Notes under the pieces: generated by a model
What the model was told of the DNA's origin: nothing
Databases searched by the model: none
Seen by the model: only the letters and a program-made list of their open reading frames with translations
Assembly: GCF_030684315.1 (NCBI RefSeq)
Contig: NC_081355.1
Coordinates: forward strand, 15,614,761 to 15,678,760
Reading direction: 5' to 3'
Length of the DNA: 64,000 bases
Origin: Stegostoma tigrinum
Lineage: Eukaryota
Position numbers and translations under genes: made by a program
Shown: one piece after another, positions 11,731-24,726 of the stretch
Position numbering within the stretch: position 1 is the first letter of the stretch
Layout of the letters: every line of letters begins with the position of its first letter

Positions 11731-12255
11731 AGAAGGCATTTGGCACGCTTGCCCGCATTGGTGATAATATTTGTGTGGGCATTGGGATGTAACGGTCTGG
11801 CTGTACAGGACTTTGGTGAGGCCAATTTTAGAATGCTGTGTTCACTTCTGGTTGTCCTTCCATGGAAAAGATGTTAAACTTGAGAGGATGCAGAAAAGAG
11901 TTACAAGGATGTTGTCAGGTTTGTATGGCCTGAGTTACAGGGGGAGCCTGAATAGGCTGGGGCTTTTTTCACTGCAGTGTCAGAGGCCGAGGGGTGACCT
12001 CGTAGAGGTTTATAAAATCATAGGGGTGCATGGGTAGTATGAGTAGCCAATATTTTTCTTGTAGGCTGCGTGAGTCCAAAACTAGAGGGCATTGGTTTAA
12101 GGTGTGAGGGGACAGATTTTAAAAAGGACCTGAGTGGTAACTTTTTCATGCAGAGGGTATGGCAAAATGCTGGCACATGGGGCTAGGTCAGATTGCGATG
12201 CTTGGCCGGTGCAGATGGGTTGGACCAAACTGTTTATTTCTGTACTGTATGACTT
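11731..12255 (+). mobile_element. CR1 LINE 3' fragment
   Basis: ORF 11771-12037 LYRTLVRPILECCVHFW...LERMQKRVTRML...RGDLVEVYKII is the CR1 ORF2 C-terminus. Confidence 0.9.
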
Positions 12256-13619
12256 GAGCCTGTGACTTTATGATTCTATGACTGGCTTCCAGGCAGCAGA
12301 AGGCACGGTCCCAAAGGTGGAGCAAATGAATGTTGTGTCAAGGGAACATCAAGCTTTAAAATATTAGGTTTAGAGGTGTTTATGCGAGAGAATTTAAACA
12401 CAAGAATGAGAATTTTGAATTTGAGGTGTGGGAGACTAGGTATTGTACAGGAACAGTGAATGAGTGAGACATAGCTCAGACAACAGAGTTTCGAATGAAC
12501 TAAAGTTTATGAAGAATCGATGGCTTGCTGGGAGGACACTTCAATATTGAATTTTGGCTGTAAAGATGTCAGTAGGGTTTTCTTTGGGTGGACTATGGTA
12601 AACTTAGAGTGGGTTCATGTTAAAATTAGATTTTCTTGTGATAAAGAATGTGGTGTCAGAAACTGAGCTTTGAGCTGAACAGTTTGGGCTACCAATGAAG
12701 GCATTCTCATGATATAAGTCAATTTACAGATTCGGGAAGGGAAGGAAGACCACACTTTATCAGCCTTTTCATCAGAAAGAAGTAATGTATTAGAATTGTG
12801 AAAGTCTTGTTATATGTTGTTCCTTGACGTTCAAGATACCTTTGACAATTTTACAAAAGAGGATTTTTGTTCAACTTCTCTAATATTCTTGTCTAACAAA
12901 AGCTAATCTCCCAGTAGCAGAAGTTCCAGCACCCACAGACTTAGAAGAGTGCGATCTTCAGATTTGCACCATTTCTTGTTTGAAAAGCGCTTCCTTATTT
13001 TGTCTTAAAATAGCCTGGCTCTAATTTCAGAATTTGACCCTCTCCCATTCTGGATACCCTGCAAGAGGAATTAGTTTAAAGTTTTACAACTCTGGCAGGA
13101 GGAGTGCGCTGAGAGTTATTTTCCAAACCATACCGCAAGTGTAACACGCTTACACAATGATCAAAAATCACCATTTATTTCCACTTCATAACTGCTATCA
13201 AGAACAGAAGGAACTTGCACCAGGCTTTTCAATAAGCTCAAATACAATATATGTATTACATATCCTCCAAACAAAAGACAAATTTCTTATCAAACTGTTA
13301 GGTGAATTAGTGTGTCCCCCCTCAAACGCACACACAGGACAAAGTCATACATGACTACTGAAGGTCAAGGGATGAAATTAGGCAACAAAAATTGCTTGAC
13401 TTCTGTCATTTCCTTTTGAATTTCTGTTGTTGAAACAGTTGCAGAATTATAGAAAACCTTCAGACTATATTTCCGATTCAGTTGAGCTACATAACTGTGG
13501 AGCCAAAGAAAGCTTTAAATTACTTGGGGCTAGGGAAAAATATTTGGCTTAATGTGATAAGTCAAATTGATAAATAGACAAGATTAGTGTAAAAGGTATT
13601 GTTAATATGGGAAATGATA

Positions 13620-15090
13620 AACCCTTCCTGATAGGGAGGTGTAGAGGGTGCATATATCTATGAGTAAATCAACATGGAAGGCTAGAAGTTTCAAAGATGA
13701 TAAAATCTGAATGCAGCATTCAAAATAGTTGGACTGAGTATAAATAAATGCAGTTATGTCTATTGCAGAGACATGGGTATAGCATGACAAAAGGTCATGA
13801 ATATTGAAGGGTCGAGGATATTTTCAGATGACAGTAAGCTAGGGAAAGATGGAGGGTGGCTCACCAAGGGAGTGGTTTACTGGTTTCCTAACAGCACCAT
13901 AAGATCCGCTTAATAAAAAATATTAAGAGCTTTTCAGTCAAGTATGGCAGCTAGCACCAGGGACTTTATTATCCTATTGACTGGAAAAATGAAGTGGACA
14001 AAAGTAGCCTACAGAAGTTTGTAGAATGGTTCCAGGTTAGTTTTTTATAACTACATGTTCTGGAGCTGACCAGGGTGCAGCTATACTAGTCCTGGTATTA
14101 TGCACTGAGAAAGGCTTAATTCATGACTTCATTGTAAAAGGACTTGTAGATTGCAACAGTCAGAATAAACTTCAGTTTTCTTGTCAGCTTGGAGGAGAAA
14201 GGAATGGTTGAAGATGAATATATTAAACTGAACTAAGGCCAAGTTTGACAGCATGAAAATAAAGTGAGCTAAGATGACTGGTAAATTAAATTAAGGGACA
14301 TGTCATTGTAGATGTAGTGGCATACTTTTTAAGGGGATTTTAAAGAATATGCAAAATAGATTCATTCTAATGAGAAAGGGGAAAAAACAAGCTATAAAAA
14401 ATAAGCTAATTTTTTTTTAGATATTTAAAAAGGAAAGAGTTAAAGTGAACTTTAGTCCTATATGAAGTGAGTCAGGGCAACTGAGACAGTTATATGAAGA
14501 GATGGTGGGTGAACTGATGAATTCTGCATCATTCTTCTCTGAAAGAAACAACAATCAGAAATTATAGTTAATCAGGAACTGGAAGGGAGGAGGATTGTAA
14601 GAAAATTACAGCTGGCAGGGAAATGGTATTGAGAAAATTGCTGGACTTGCATGCTGACAAGTCCCAGAGTCCTTATTGACTTCATCCTAGGGTCTAAAAA
14701 GAAGTGGCTAGCAAAAGAGTTGTTTCTAATTTTCCAAAACTCTCCTAGATTTTAGAAAGATTCTGTTAGATTGGCAGGAACTCCTTTATTCCAAAAGAGG
14801 GGGAGACAAAGCAAGAAGCTATAGGCTGCCTTAGCTTAACGTGGGGAGATTTTAGCAATTATTATTAAAAAGATTACAGCAATGCTCTTGCAAGAATTTT
14901 AAAGTAGTTATGCAAAGTTAACATGCTTTTGTGAAAGAGACATCATGAATAAACAAATGATGGACATCCTTTTGAAGAAGTAATGTGCTCTGGATAAACT
15001 GTTCTCAGATAAGGTGCCATGTCAAAAGTTGTTGTGGAAAATAAATGCTCATGGAGTAGTGGCTAACATAAATAGAAGATTCGCAGGCTA
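13620..15090 (+). mobile_element. Old, degraded CR1 ORF2 (endonuclease to RT) fragment
   Basis: Motifs gctgacaagtcccagagtcc...ttcatcctagggtctaaaagaagtggct, gataaggtgccatg and actaaggccaagtttgacagcatga. Confidence 0.65.
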
Positions 15091-15324
15091 ACATGAAACT
15101 AAGTATTGAAGAAGTGCTGGAGAAACTCGGCAGTTCCAGCAGCATTTGATCTGGCTGTATCCATAGACCAGTTTCTCCAGCATTTTCTGTTTTCATGTCA
15201 GGTTTCTGCACTCTTATAATTTAATTACTCTTATGATTTAATCATTAAGGCCTGATGTTCTAGTGAATCTTTGCTATAGCTGTTCCATACCTTTTCTAAG
15301 TTGCAAAATTAAATGAAGCACTGA

Positions 15325-18250
15325 AGATAGGAGCAGGAGTACACCATTTGAACCCTGTGTTGCCATTTAATCTGATCGTAGCTGATCATAGAGCTTAATA
15401 TCCTCATCAGGCACTTCCCCCATAATCTGTTAATCCCTTTAGCCACAAAAAGTTTAATTATCATAAAGCTGCAACATAACTTGCCTATCCTTTATAGTTA
15501 ATGCCCTTTCCAATGAAGGCAAGCATGACATAGACCTTTTTTACTACTTTATCTACCTGTGCTGCCACCTTCAGTGATTCATGGATCTGCGTAGTGAGTG
15601 TCTAGAACGTACTGTTAGAGAAAGTGGTGGAAACAGGCATGATAGCAGTAGTGAAGAAGCACCTAGAAGCGTACATGAATAGGAAGGGAATAGAAGCATA
15701 CGGATCCTGTAAGTGAAGACAGTTTAAGTATGGAAGGCCAAAACGTGTTGGCACGGGCTTGGGGGGCCGAAGGGCCTTTTCCTCTGCTGTATTGTTCTTA
15801 GGGTACTTTCAAGAAAGAGGTACATAAATGTTTTGGCTTTCTGTGGTAGTGAATTCAACAGGCTCACCACTGTGTAGGTGAAGAAGTGTCTCCTCATTTC
15901 AGTACTAAAGTGTTAGCCCTTATCCTTTAAACTGTGACCCTTGGCCCTGGATTCCCCCACCATCAGCATCTTTCTTGCATCTAACCTGTCTAGTTCTCTT
16001 AGAATGTTATAGGTTTCCATGAAATCTCCCTAATTCTTCTGATGTCCGGTGAATGTAACCCTAACTGACTCAATCTCTCCTCATACATCAATCCTGCCAT
16101 CCCAGTGATCAATTTGGTAACCATTTATTGCACTCCCTTTATAGGAAGAACATCCTTACTCTCGATAAGGAGGTCAAAACTTCACACATTATTCCAGATA
16201 TGCTTCGCCAGTATACTGTATAATTGTGTTAAGTACTTGAATTGTCTTGCCATGAAGGTCAATATATACTTTGCCATTCTTTACTGCCCTGCAATACCTG
16301 TTTGCTTACTTTTAGTGACTGGTGCACAACATCACCTAGATTTTATTGAACATTCCCCTGTCTCAATTTTCAACCATTCAGATAATAACCTGCCTTACTA
16401 TTTTTGCAAACAAAGTGGATAACCTCAGATTTGTCCACATTACTGCTGCATCTGCTATGCATTTGCATACTGAATCAGCCTGCCCAAGCCTCACAGCAAC
16501 ATCTCTGCATCCTCCTTGCAGTTCACTTCACCCTTTCACCTAACTTTGTGTCTTCAGCCAACTTTGTTCCCTCATCCACGTTATTAACTTATGTTGTGAA
16601 TAGCTGGTGTCCTAACACTAGTCCCTCTGATACCCCACATTCACTGTCTGTCTTTGACCAAAAAGATCTATTAACTTCTACTCTTTGTTTATTAAAAGGT
16701 GCTTTAATTAATAACATTAATCTTATATGTGGGACTTTGTTGATAGCCCAATGAAAATCCAAGTAAACCAGATTGACTGTCTCTAAAGGGTCAACTCTGG
16801 TTACGTCCTTTGAAGAATTCCAGTAGATTTGTCAATTATGATTTCCCTTTTGTAAATCCATGCTGACTGTGCCAGATTTTACCACTGTTTAAGCACTCTG
16901 CTATAAAATCCTTGATAATGGACTTTAGCATCTTCCCTGCTACTGAAGTGAGGCTTTAATTCCCTGTTTTAACTTGGTCCCCCTACATTGTGTGGTTATT
17001 AGCCGCCTTCTAATCTGTGGCAAAATAGAATTTTCCTGATGGGGTGTGACCAGTGTTCTGTGCAGTTGAAGAATTGTTTCCTTTCTTTTGCATTACAACC
17101 TACTTGAAGTAAAAGCTCTTGTTTCATCACCTTTTTTAATTCATTTTCCTGCGCATCCTTCTATTCATGACTTGTGTACCTAGACACTTAAATTCTATTC
17201 TTTATCATATTTCTTAATTTCAACTAAAGAAAGTTTCATTTATGCCCAACTGAGAACAGATGATTTCACATTTCCCCACATTGAACTTCTGTGGATTTCC
17301 CCACTCTCTTTTTTTTAATGTTCTTTGTGACTACCTGCTGCCAGCCACACAAGTTATTGTCATTTAGTTCCATCTTCTAACATGGATACGCAATTCTGTG
17401 TATCTTCGTCAAAGTCATTAATATATTTGGGGGGAAAAACTGTTGCCTGATCGCTGGAGGCACGGTGTGTCAATTTCAATTAGCAAATGAATCCTCTCTT
17501 AGTCTTTGACCTTCTGAACAACTACTGATTCCTGTCATTGCCTCCAATCTGGTAGATTTTTGCTAATGATCCACATGCAGAACTTTTATCAAAGGCCTTC
17601 TGGAAATCTACAGATTTTGTACAGTATGGGTGACCTTCTCAAAATTAATTAATTAGTCACAATCGACCTGTCATAAATAGACAGTGACTCTTTGTTCAAA
17701 TATGCAATCATTACCCCATTGATGGATTCCAGAAACTTTAGCACAATTGCTGATGACATGTCAGGTAAATAGTTACCTGCTTTTTAAGGAAAAAACACTT
17801 CTCTTCCTCTTTTATGTAATGGATTGATTGATAAAATCTAATAATTGAATTTGAATGAATAAACTATTGAAATGAATTCTCCAATCTAAAGAGACAACTC
17901 CTCCTGATTATGGAGTTTAGGTAATTACAACAAACTGTCTACTTTCTTGTCAGTTCTTTATTTCCTAGGCTGAAAACCATCATGTCCTGAAGATTAGTCT
18001 GTCTTAAATCCTGTTATTTTTCTGCAGAAGATTGTTATATTCACTAAGTGTTTCCCTTTACATTATTTTTCAGATTCTCTTTTACCAGTACTATTTTGTC
18101 CTCTTCCTCCATTGTGAAAAAGTATTCAATTAACAAATCTTTAATTATCTGATTACAGTTTTGCCTGTAATTCTTTAAATGGGTTCTCATTTTATTTTAT
18201 CATCCCCAAGTATTTATTTAAAATTTGTTTTGCCATCCCATGTGAATTTA
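15325..18250 (-). mobile_element. Cluster of CR1 fragments, mostly minus strand, with a plus-strand 3' end at about 15590-15800
   Basis: Antisense CR1 RT motifs (aactttgtgtcttcagccaactt; aaatccatgctgactgtgcc; atcaaaggccttctggaaatc). Confidence 0.7.
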
Positions 18251-20051
18251 AAAAAAAGTCATGTTTTACGCTTGATACCTTTGTATGTCCCTTTTTTCTT
18301 TAATAGGGAAATAAGAACTGGGTGGACATGGGCAACATCAGTTTGATTCTAGAATAGGCTGACAGGAGCCCAAGCCCTCTTATCAGTATTTTATGGCTCT
18401 CTGGTGGAATCGACAGTTTCATCATAATACTGACATCTACTGATTAAAGACTTCCAATACTTCGGTCATCAAGGCTGGTGGTTCTGTAAAGGATTCCATC
18501 TAAAGGTGTGAATTGGCTCACCAGGATTACCCTGACACACTTTCAAAACCTATTTAGTCTAAAGTTGAGCATCATTTCCAAATTCAGGTTATGAAAATGC
18601 CTGCTGTTTCTTTATATGTTTTATAGTCGCTGTGAGAATTCTTTGTTGAGCTTTTGGTTTCCAGGTCTGTGACCTCTGCTTACAATCTTAATAATAATCA
18701 GTAACATCTGGTCGATTTAGCAACATGATTAGCACAGATGTTAGCTTTTAGCCTGATGTGGAACTGTACTGAACTTGTCATATTGGACCAGTGAAATATT
18801 TATATTTTGAATGATCAGCAATCTTTGACTGTTTATTAAACCTTTTGGGAAATGTTAGATTGTCAAGTACACCCATGGTTCGCTTACAGTTGTCAAAGTT
18901 TATCAGAAAGTGACTGATTTGTGACCTAGTCAGATTCAATTTTAGGTTGTCAAGTTAAAAATGTGTGTTTTACTTGTGTGGTCTGCCAACACCATGAAAT
19001 CAAAGTTATTCTTATGGCTGTGACATTGACCTATTTTCACACCTTTCCTATCTCCCAAGGCTTTAATTTCATGTTAAACTTCACTGTGCAATTTATATAA
19101 ATTATTGCAAACTCAAACATGTGGCCTTATAGTTAGAATACAGAGCCGATCAGAGTCTTACATAGTTTAATTTGATTCAAAGTATATTTGCTTAATGGTA
19201 ACAAAACATTACATAGCTATAATTTATCAAATCTATGATTTGCTGAGGTATTAAGTCTAAAGCTGGCTTGACTATTTCTGAATCAGATTGTACAATTTTC
19301 CTCAGATTTATTGTTCACAACAAACATAGTATTCACAAGCCTTGGGATGGAACAGCTGATAATGTTTAACTAGAATTTTAAGTATTTTGGCAAGTAGGGA
19401 GAAGGTCTCTGTGTTTAGAGAAAATGTTTTTCTTTAATCAGAGTATTTTGTAGTTTCATTTGTGATAGATCCTGCTAAATTGAATGAAAATTAAGTTTAT
19501 GAATATTTCTGAACAACTTAAAAATTGTGACATAAAATATGAATCCTAATAACCCGACTCTATTGTGTAGCCTCAGAAGGTTGAAGAAGAATCACAGATT
19601 CCTTCACAATGCATGATGAGTGAAAGACGACATTTTCAGCCATCTTTAAAATATCATGATGCTTGGTTTTGTTAAAAACAACATTTTCCATTTTATGCTT
19701 AATTTTAATTTTTAAAATGACATTCTTCTGACAGTGCTTCCATTGCCTGAAAAAGGATACTTGGTGACTTAAATATGTTGGATATTGATAGGGCAAGTTA
19801 ACTTCCATGAGATGGTATTTTCTCAAAGTTTGATAACTGTCAACATACTTTCTGGTCGGAGAATGATGCACTGTTCATAATGGATTTGCTTTTATTGCCT
19901 CTGAAGTTGTGTAAAGAGTTGTGTTGGGTGAGGGGTAATGCTGCCATGATGGGAATCGGATCTTAGGACCTGAGCGACAGCATGTGTAATACAGGCTGCC
20001 ACTTCAGTGTAGTACTGCATTGTTGGAGAAGCTTTCAGGGCAGAGAGTCAG

Positions 20052-20480
20052 TGTCAGTCATACAGTGTGGAAAAAGACCCTTCTGTCCAACCAGTCCATA
20101 CCAACCGTAATCTCAAACTGCACTAGTTCCATCTACTTGCACTTGGCCGATATCCCTCCAAACATGTCTTATTCATGTACTTATCCAAATGTCTTTTAAC
20201 TGTTATAATTGTACCCACATCCATCACTTCCTCTGGGCATTCATTCAACACACAAGACACTGTGTGTGTAAAAAGAAAGTTGCCCCTCATGTATTTTTAA
20301 AATATTTCTCCTCTCGCCTTAAAAATATGCTGTTAGTTTTGAAATGTCCAACACCTGGTGAAAAGAAAAGATACCTGCCATTCGCCTTATCTGTACCCCT
20401 CATGATGTTATAAACCTCATTAAGGTCACTCCTCAACCTCTTACACTACAGTGAAAAAAGTCCCAGCTTATCTGGCATTT
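20052..20480 (-). mobile_element. CR1 LINE 3' end
   Basis: agtcatacagtgtggaaaaagacccttctgtccaaccagtcc tail; same family as the copies at 22567 and 30598. Confidence 0.8.
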
Positions 20481-20711
20481 GAACTCAAATCTCATGATTG
20501 TAGTTTGAAACTTGAATGCAATCTTTTAAGAAACCTGCTGCCATTGTCTGGTCTGGCCTGCGTCACTCCAGACCAACAAGAACTTCTCTCTGAATTCGTC
20601 TGTTCAGCTACTTAAATGGTTGGAAAGGAAATAAGAGTAAAATTGGAGGGGCTGCTTATTTGCAACCGAGCTATTGAATCTGAACAGGCCACGTGCATTG
20701 AAAGCAAAGTC

Positions 20712-21100
20712 AAAAGTTGCAGATACTAGATATCTGAAATAAAAACAAAATGCTGTAAACATTCAGCAGGCCAGACAGCACCTATGTAGAGTGAAACAGT
20801 TATAATTTCTCCACTCAGTTAGGACCCAAACCACTTTACAGGTAAAACAATTTACAGATGTTTGTATCAGCCTAGGCTGTGGTATTTGCTGCTCATAATG
20901 TGGTTTCTTGTGGCACTGTGGGAAGACCAAGTGCAGACTAGGAGGCTACTTTGCCCAATCCTGAGCATTGAGTTTCTTGACGTTTTAATTCTCCACCTTA
21001 CTGTCACATCTGACATCTCACCCTTGGCCTACTGTATAATCCACAGTAGTTCAGCAAAAGCCTCAGGCACAGCATGAGACTCTCTGTTGCCTTCTGGGCT
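20712..21100. mobile_element. Old Penelope-like remnant (inverted terminal repeat plus GIY-YIG debris)
   Basis: gcagatactagatatctgaaataaaaacaaaatgctg..cagcaggccagacagca, followed by gtatttgctgctc..tgtgg..tgggaagaccaagtgcagactagg (GETKRRLG-like). Confidence 0.55.
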
Positions 21101-22566
21101 GTGTGCATTCAGTTAATTCTGCATCCTGCTCCTCTCACCCCTACCTATTAGTCTGAACATTTACATCTTCTGTTATTGGGTGCCTTTGGATGATGCTTGT
21201 ATTACTTTCTGGATGTGCTGCATGAAGTTGCCAAAGTTTATTCATTGTTATCTCCCAAATCTATCTCTTAGAATGATTTGGTATGTTTCAAGAGCTTTCT
21301 TTTATTTAACAAAACTTCTCTTGAGAATCATTCGCTCTTTTGTTTTTCTACCAATAAATTGAATGTTTCTTTGGCATTAGTGATGTTTATGTTGCCATCT
21401 TGTTGTGAAGGACATTTAACCCTTTGCTTTTGATCCTTCGTGGTTATCCAGACTTCATTTTAGATGTGATTTGATTTCTATTGTTCTATCAGCTCCTTAT
21501 TCATTATCAGTCGGAGTATTCATTTGGTCTTCACTAATTATTCCCTCTTCTGAGGCATTTACAGCAGTAATTTTGCCAAGTTCTGTAGGAGCATCCGTAA
21601 AACCTACGCTCTTCGTCATTGAGAAGTATAAAGGCATTATGTGTACTCTTAAATCATCACAACAAAGTTCCCATCCCCAAACCATTCAATATCCTGATTT
21701 TATTTGTTTGATGTTGTTTCTTCACTGTCGATCAAACTCTATCTTCCAGCACTGGAAGAAACCATTACCAACCCATGATTTCGCAAAGACAATTATACAT
21801 CAGCAATCAATTTTGGTTTTACTCACAGCCTGGTAATAAAATTTTTTAAAAAGGCTCATTTTGCTCGTCAGGAATGGCTAGATGACCCTGTACATTCTTT
21901 TGAAAAGAAGCAGGACTGTATTCCTCATAGCTTGACCAATAGTTCTTGCCCAACCAAAAAGTAACACTATCAAAAGCATGTTGGTTGTTAATTTATATTT
22001 TTGTTTGTGAATTTATGCTGTGTGCACATTGTCAGCCTGCATTCCTTAGTGTTCTCTCTGTGGAATCTGGTGTTCTGGAATTGATTGAGAATCCTGAAAT
22101 TGCAGCTCATTCCTGTCTCTTCTGCATTCTTGAAAATTGCAGAATCTAATTGTTGGGGAAAAAATGACTAAAAGGGGAAGGATTACAAATATGACTGAAC
22201 CTTCTTTGGTGTAGTCCCTTTTTGGTATTTTGTTTTCTTCTGTTTTGAATTGGTCTTGGAATTGAACAGGTGGACTTTATCCTGATATTTTCACACTATA
22301 ACCTGGCGTTGCATGCGAGTGGTGTTACCAGCATCTAATTTTTCTTTCATGTGGGGAAATGCTTTGTATATGGTGGATACTGATTTGTGAAAGTATGGTT
22401 GAAAGCAGATGCTCACTGTGTGGGAAATCACAACTGTAAATTGCTTTACCTGCCTATAGTACTGCACTCCAGCTGTAGAGCTGTTTTTAAATTCATTTTG
22501 TCATGTAAAGTTTACAGTTTTGTAATTATGGTTTATGTTGAAGGTTGAAATAGCAGATGATAATAT

Positions 22567-23682
22567 GAGTCGTAAAGTCATACAGCACGGAAGAAGACCC
22601 TTCAGTCCAACTGATCCATGCTGACCTAGTTTCCTCAAATGAAACTAGTCCCATTTGGCTCATATCCCTCTAAATCTTTCTTATTCATGTGCCTGTCCAA
22701 TTGTCTTTTTAAATGTTGTAACTGCATATGTATCTGCCACTTCCTCTGGCGGTTCATTCAACATACAAACCACCCTCTGAAAAAGCTGTCCATTGGGTCC
22801 CTTTTTTAAATCTTTCTCCTATTACCTTAAAAGTATGCCCGCTAGTTTTGAATACCCCTACCCTAGGGAAATGGCCTTTGCAATTCACCTTATCTACGCT
22901 CCTTGTGATTTTATAAACTTCTATAATGTTACCCTCAATGTCCTGGGCTCCAGCCTATCCAGTTTCCTTACAACTCAAACCCTCCAGTCCTGGTAACATC
23001 TGTAAATCTTTTCTGCATCCTTTCCAATTTAATAATAACCTTCCAGTAGCAGGGTAACCAGAACTGTACAGAGTACTCCAAAAGTGGCCTCACCAACGTT
23101 CTGTACAATAGCAACATTGTCTCACCTGCTACACTCAGTAGTTTGAGCGATGATGACAAGCGTGCCAAACGCTATTTTTTAACCTTCCTGATGTGACTTC
23201 CAAGGAGCTATGTATTGAGCTGCTAGATGTCTCTGTTTGACAGCACTCCCAGAACCCTACCATTAACTGTGAAATCTGCCCTTGTTCATACAAACAAAAT
23301 GTAACACCTCACGTTTGCCTAAATTGAACTCCATCTGCTACTTTTCTAGCCCATTGGCCCAATTGATCAAGAGCCCCTTGCAAGCTTAGATAACATTCTT
23401 TACTGTCTGATATACTACCAAGTTTTTAATGTCATCCGCAAACTTACTAACCATACTTCAGTATTCTAATCCAAATCATTTTATACAAATGACAAAGAAT
23501 AGTGGATCCAGCACACATCCCTGCAGAACACTGCTGGTCACAGATCACCAGTTCAAAAAACAATCCCCACCACCACACTGTGTCTCCTACTGTCAAGCCA
23601 ATTTTCTGTCCATTTGGTAAACTGTCCCTGAATCCCATGTGATCCAACTTTACTAACCAGTCTACCATGCAGAACCTTGTTA
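22567..23682 (-). mobile_element. CR1 LINE, 5'-truncated
   Basis: ORF 22968-23168 LYRTLVRPLLEYSVQFWLPCYWKVIIKLERMQKRFT; RT motifs to 23680; 3' tail at 22567. Confidence 0.9.
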
Positions 23683-24121
23683 TTTGCGCAGCACATCCCA
23701 TGAGTTGGGGATCTTCCTTGTGAGGGAGTAAATGACTGGAATTAGAACTGTCTGGGTATGGAAATGTTTTTGATTAGCCAGCATGGTATAAATGACATTT
23801 TGGTGGACACCCGGGATAGAAGGAAGCTATTAGGGCCTTACTTTCTATAAGGTTGACAATAACATAAATGTAGCTTGACAAAGCATTCTAGGATTTGAGT
23901 ATTCAGTGTGTTTATTGTAGTTGAATGATGTGTCTTCAGGTGCTTTTTAAATTATATCCAATGTGATAGTGCTGCTTCTTAGAGAATGTCCTTGTTGTGC
24001 ATCACCTAAAATCAATGTGAGATGAAATTGTTGAAGGTGAGATATTGCTTGCTTAGGGATGTCTTGATGTTAATTTTTTGTTCTATCCACTTGTTCTATA
24101 AGCAAGCAGAGGATAGGTGGA

Positions 24122-24250
24122 TAATAAAATGTGAGGCTGGATGAACACAGCAGGCCCAGCAGCATCTCGGGAGCACAAAAGCTGACGTTTCGGGCCTAGA
24201 CCCTTCATCAGAGAGCTTGGATTCTCCAGCATCTGCAGTTCCCATTATCA
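24122..24250. mobile_element. Penelope-like mini-insertion (inverted/permuted terminal repeat) with 15-bp TSD
   Basis: CAGAGGATAGGTGGA at 24107-24121 and 24251-24265. The insert is antisense pLTR (near-identical to 28146-28237) followed by the sense tail cttggattctccagcatctgcagttcccattatc. Confidence 0.9.
24184..24211 (-). ncRNA. Minimal type I hammerhead ribozyme motif (PLE-associated), core intact
   Basis: Reverse complement CTGATGA-A-GGGTCTAGGCCC-GAAA-C-GTC: conserved CUGANGA and GAAA boxes, stem II, palindromic ACGT stem III, GUC triplet. Activity untested. Confidence 0.75.
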
Positions 24251-24726
24251 CAGAGGATAGGTGGAGAAGCCCAAAATTATGTCCAGGATTTACCGTACGA
24301 AAGAGAACGTGGGAATTACTGTGGGAAATTAACTTTATTCCTGGCCTGCGGTTGAGATGTCTCATGAAGTTGCATGATAGTTGCCTGTAATAAACATCTG
24401 GTAGATTCTTCATGCCGCTGTTTCCATGCCCAATTCTAAAGTAGTGCTGCATTAGGTAAAGCCACCCTATTGGCGATAAACTCATTTTATAGCATATGGG
24501 GCCATTTGTAAAAGTCTTCAATATTTTGGTAAATATTTGAAAAACTTTTTGAACGTTGATTGGACAGCAGCTTTAGCTGAGAGAGAATGCCTCTACTGTC
24601 GTGGGCAGAACTTTTGTACCCATGTTCAAAGTATTATTGTATGTGAGATGTGAATATTTTCCTCCTGTCTTGAATTTAAATAATTCAAGCAGCAAGCTTT
24701 TTTGAGAGTTTTAAAATCATAAATGG

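Noticed and set aside
15115-15210. Hairpin tgctggagaaact...agtttctccagca as a miRNA precursor
   Set aside because: Arms match old PLE terminal-repeat sequence (similar remnants at about 7035-7150, 25800-25935 and 42800-42885); a decayed inverted TE.
24096-24521. 141-aa minus-strand ORF
   Set aside because: Runs through the PLE mini-insertion (LSDEGSRPETSAF is the translated hammerhead repeat); no protein homology recognised.
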